A stretch of 64,000 bases of DNA from Chloroherpetonaceae bacterium (lineage in GTDB: Bacteria > Bacteroidota > Chlorobiia > Chlorobiales > Thermochlorobacteraceae), in contig JBKBRB010000004.1 in NCBI GenBank assembly GCA_046292465.1, positions 36,329 to 100,328 on the forward strand, read 5' to 3'. The first letter of the stretch is position 1. Each line of letters starts with the position of its first letter. Position numbers and translations under genes: made by a program. The notes beneath the pieces were generated by a model. It did not search any database. It worked only from the letters and a program-made list of their open reading frames with translations, and was not told where the DNA came from. This document shows positions 62,103 through 64,000 of this stretch, in pieces.

Positions 62103-63749
62103 TCATTCACGAGAAACCTGAGCTTCATAGTCGCGCCGATATTTCTCAAGTCCTTCGAAAATGGCTTCGGCGATTAGCGTTTGTCCCGTTTCAGAGGCTA
62201 AAAATTTCTCTTCATTTGGATTGGAAATATAACCCGTTTCAATCAAGATGCTCGGCATTGAGGGCGTCCAAAGCACCATGAACCCTGCTTGCTTGACACC
62301 ACGATTTTGACGCGCCGCTCGCCGTGCAATGTCGTTGCTGATGATTTCCGCCAACTTTTCCGATTGATGCACAAAGGCGTTTTGCGCCATCGTAACCATG
62401 ATTAAGTTTTCTTCGGTGAAGTTTTTGTAGCGTTCTTGGTAGTCGCTCTCTTCGACCATAACCGCGTTTTCGCGTTGGGCGACTTTGAGCGCAGCGTCCG
62501 TTTTGTGTAGCCCAAGCAAATAGACCTCCACACCGTCCGCCTTGCGATTGACGCTTGCGTTGCAGTGGACGCTGACAAACAGTTTGGCGTTGTGGCGATT
62601 GGCAATTTTACCTCGTTCATCAAGCTCTACAAACTTATCGGAATCGCGCGTGTAGACCACCTTCACATCTTTCCAATTCTTCTCTATCAATTTTCCGACC
62701 TTCTTGACAATTGCAAGCGTAATATCCTTTTCATAATGCCCACTTGCACCAATTGCCCCAACATCTTTTCCGCCATGACCCGCATCAAGCGCAATCACAT
62801 CTAACTTCCACTTGCTTCGCTGTTCATCGAGCGTTGCGTTGATTTGCACTTCCTTGTTTTCTTGCTCAATGATTTCTTGAACATTCACATCGCGCAAAGC
62901 CAGCAAGATGAAGTTGTTTGTGCCTTGTTCGCGCGTGAGGTCAGTGGATTTAATCGTGTATTTCTGTGCATCAAATTCAAAGGTCAGTTGCAAACTCCCT
63001 CTGAGTGAAATCGGCTTAATGCGTCGGAGAAATCCGTTCTTGAAGGTTTGAGAAAGTGCCTGCATATCACCTGTCGCGCCGACGAATGTTAGATAAGCAA
63101 AACCGTTCTTATCGGGCGGAATAAATTCATATTTCAAATTCGGCTTCGTGGAAATAATACGCACAATCACACCATTCACTTTCTCTTCGACGATGATGTT
63201 TTGAATCGTGTGCCGTGCAATCATTTCAATCGGCACAGAGGCTTTGGCAGTATCGAGTGAGAAGGGTTGCGTAAAATCAAACGAGAGCACGCCGCTGAGC
63301 GTGTCGCTTTTTGCGTCGAGAAACATTCCGAAAAGGATTGCCGCTTGATGTGGCTCGAGATAAATTTTATCGCCATACAGAATGAGCGGCGAATCGAGTT
63401 GAATAATTCTATGCGGCTTGTTTTCAGTCGCGTTTTGAATCTTGATAAAATGATTATTGGCTTTGAGTTCAAGCACAAGCCGATGCTGTGCCTTGCTCAA
63501 AGTTGAAATGCTGACACTTTGATTGGTAACGGTTGGCGTAATTTTGAGCGCGTTGCACACATCGACCGCCGTTGCGACGAGTTTATTTTGCAACGAATAG
63601 ACGGGAATGTCGTCCGTATAGGCGCGTCCGCCTTCAAGGCTCACCGCAATGCTGAACTTCGTTTGCCCCAAAAGCGAACTGATACAAAACAGCAAAATTG
63701 CAAGCGAAAGCGTATATTGCCGCGCGGGAAGAGAAGATATTTTCAACAT
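62103..63749 (-). CDS. N-acetylmuramoyl-L-alanine amidase (Amidase_3)
   Basis: 'LDAGHGGKD', 'EKDITL', 'FVSVHCN', 'VKQAGFMVL', 'IETGYISN'; signal peptide. Confidence 0.93.
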   Translation of the reverse strand: MLKISSLPARQYTLSLAILLFCISSLLGQTKFSIAVSLEGGRAYTDDIPVYSLQNKLVATAVDVCNALKITPTVTNQSVSISTLSKAQHRLVLELKANNHFIKIQNATENKPHRIIQLDSPLILYGDKIYLEPHQAAILFGMFLDAKSDTLSGVLSFDFTQPFSLDTAKASVPIEMIARHTIQNIIVEEKVNGVIVRIISTKPNLKYEFIPPDKNGFAYLTFVGATGDMQALSQTFKNGFLRRIKPISLRGSLQLTFEFDAQKYTIKSTDLTREQGTNNFILLALRDVNVQEIIEQENKEVQINATLDEQRSKWKLDVIALDAGHGGKDVGAIGASGHYEKDITLAIVKKVGKLIEKNWKDVKVVYTRDSDKFVELDERGKIANRHNAKLFVSVHCNASVNRKADGVEVYLLGLHKTDAALKVAQRENAVMVEESDYQERYKNFTEENLIMVTMAQNAFVHQSEKLAEIISNDIARRAARQNRGVKQAGFMVLWTPSMPSILIETGYISNPNEEKFLASETGQTLIAEAIFEGLEKYRRDYEAQVSRE

Positions 63750-63803
63750 CAAATGTTTACAGGTTTGGGAGAACTTTCTGTGATTCCATTCCCCTAACAA
63801 TTT

Positions 63804-64000
63804 ATGCGATTGAGCAAACCACGATTGTATGACTACATGCTTTGCTTGTGCCTTGTGTGTTCAAGCGCGTCTACCTTTGCACAAATGCGCGACGCCTTGA
63901 ATCGTGCGAATTTAGTTACAATTTCTTCACTCACCAACGCATCTACGCCACTTGCCGATAGCATCAATTTTATTCCTCAACTTTTCTTTCAAGTTGCAAC
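63804..64000 (+). CDS. 5' part of a probable secreted protein (runs off window)
   Basis: Open frame MRLSKPRLYDYMLCLCLVCSSASTFAQ..., signal-peptide-like. Confidence 0.5.
   Translation, partial: MRLSKPRLYDYMLCLCLVCSSASTFAQMRDALNRANLVTISSLTNASTPLADSINFIPQLFFQVA

Noticed and set aside
880..63797. Numerous short antisense or alternative-frame ORFs in the six-frame track (e.g. 9036-9425, 30091-30645, 58626-59189)
   Set aside because: Shadows of well-supported genes with no recognisable motifs
1..64000. tRNA, rRNA, IS elements, prophage
   Set aside because: No cloverleaf, rRNA-like stretch, transposase, integrase or phage gene recognised by eye; tRNAscan/Infernal would be needed to exclude them formally

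Overview
Gene-dense bacterial chromosomal window, most likely from the Chlorobi/Chlorobiota (Chloroherpeton/Thermochlorobacter-like phototroph). This placement is inferred from the geranylgeranyl reductase bchP, a Ycf49-like membrane protein, a Bacteroidetes/Chlorobi-type primary sigma factor lacking region 1.1, a stand-alone atpA-atpG pair and TAnnTTTG-type promoters. Most genes are housekeeping: atpAG, rplU-rpmA, exbB-exbD-exbD-tonB, korAB, hutIG, lptB, menA, trxA, DEAD-box helicase, RND pump, asnB, gatB, bcp, a cystathionine gamma-lyase/synthase and an amidase. Stand-out accessory features: (1) a CheA-less chemosensory-like cluster (PatA/DUF4388-MshEN-like-REC, CheY/PilH, CheW, an unknown 492-aa protein and a heme-c MCP with a divergent signalling tip), preceded by two paralogous small coiled-coil genes; (2) two microcompartment pentamer (EutN/CcmL) genes with no other shell genes in the window, lying between a degenerate GAF-GAF-GGDEF protein and the primary sigma gene; (3) three Uma2 nucleases around gatB, two of them sharing a ~539-bp near-identical core with different termini; (4) a Ycf49(DUF2499)-DUF3593 fusion behind bchP; (5) a candidate ~155-nt structured antisense-strand sRNA at ~53.96-54.11 kb; (6) two pseudogenes (ATP-grasp, DNA methyltransferase). 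No tRNA, rRNA, CRISPR array or transposase was recognised. All family calls come from motif recognition by eye, not database searches.
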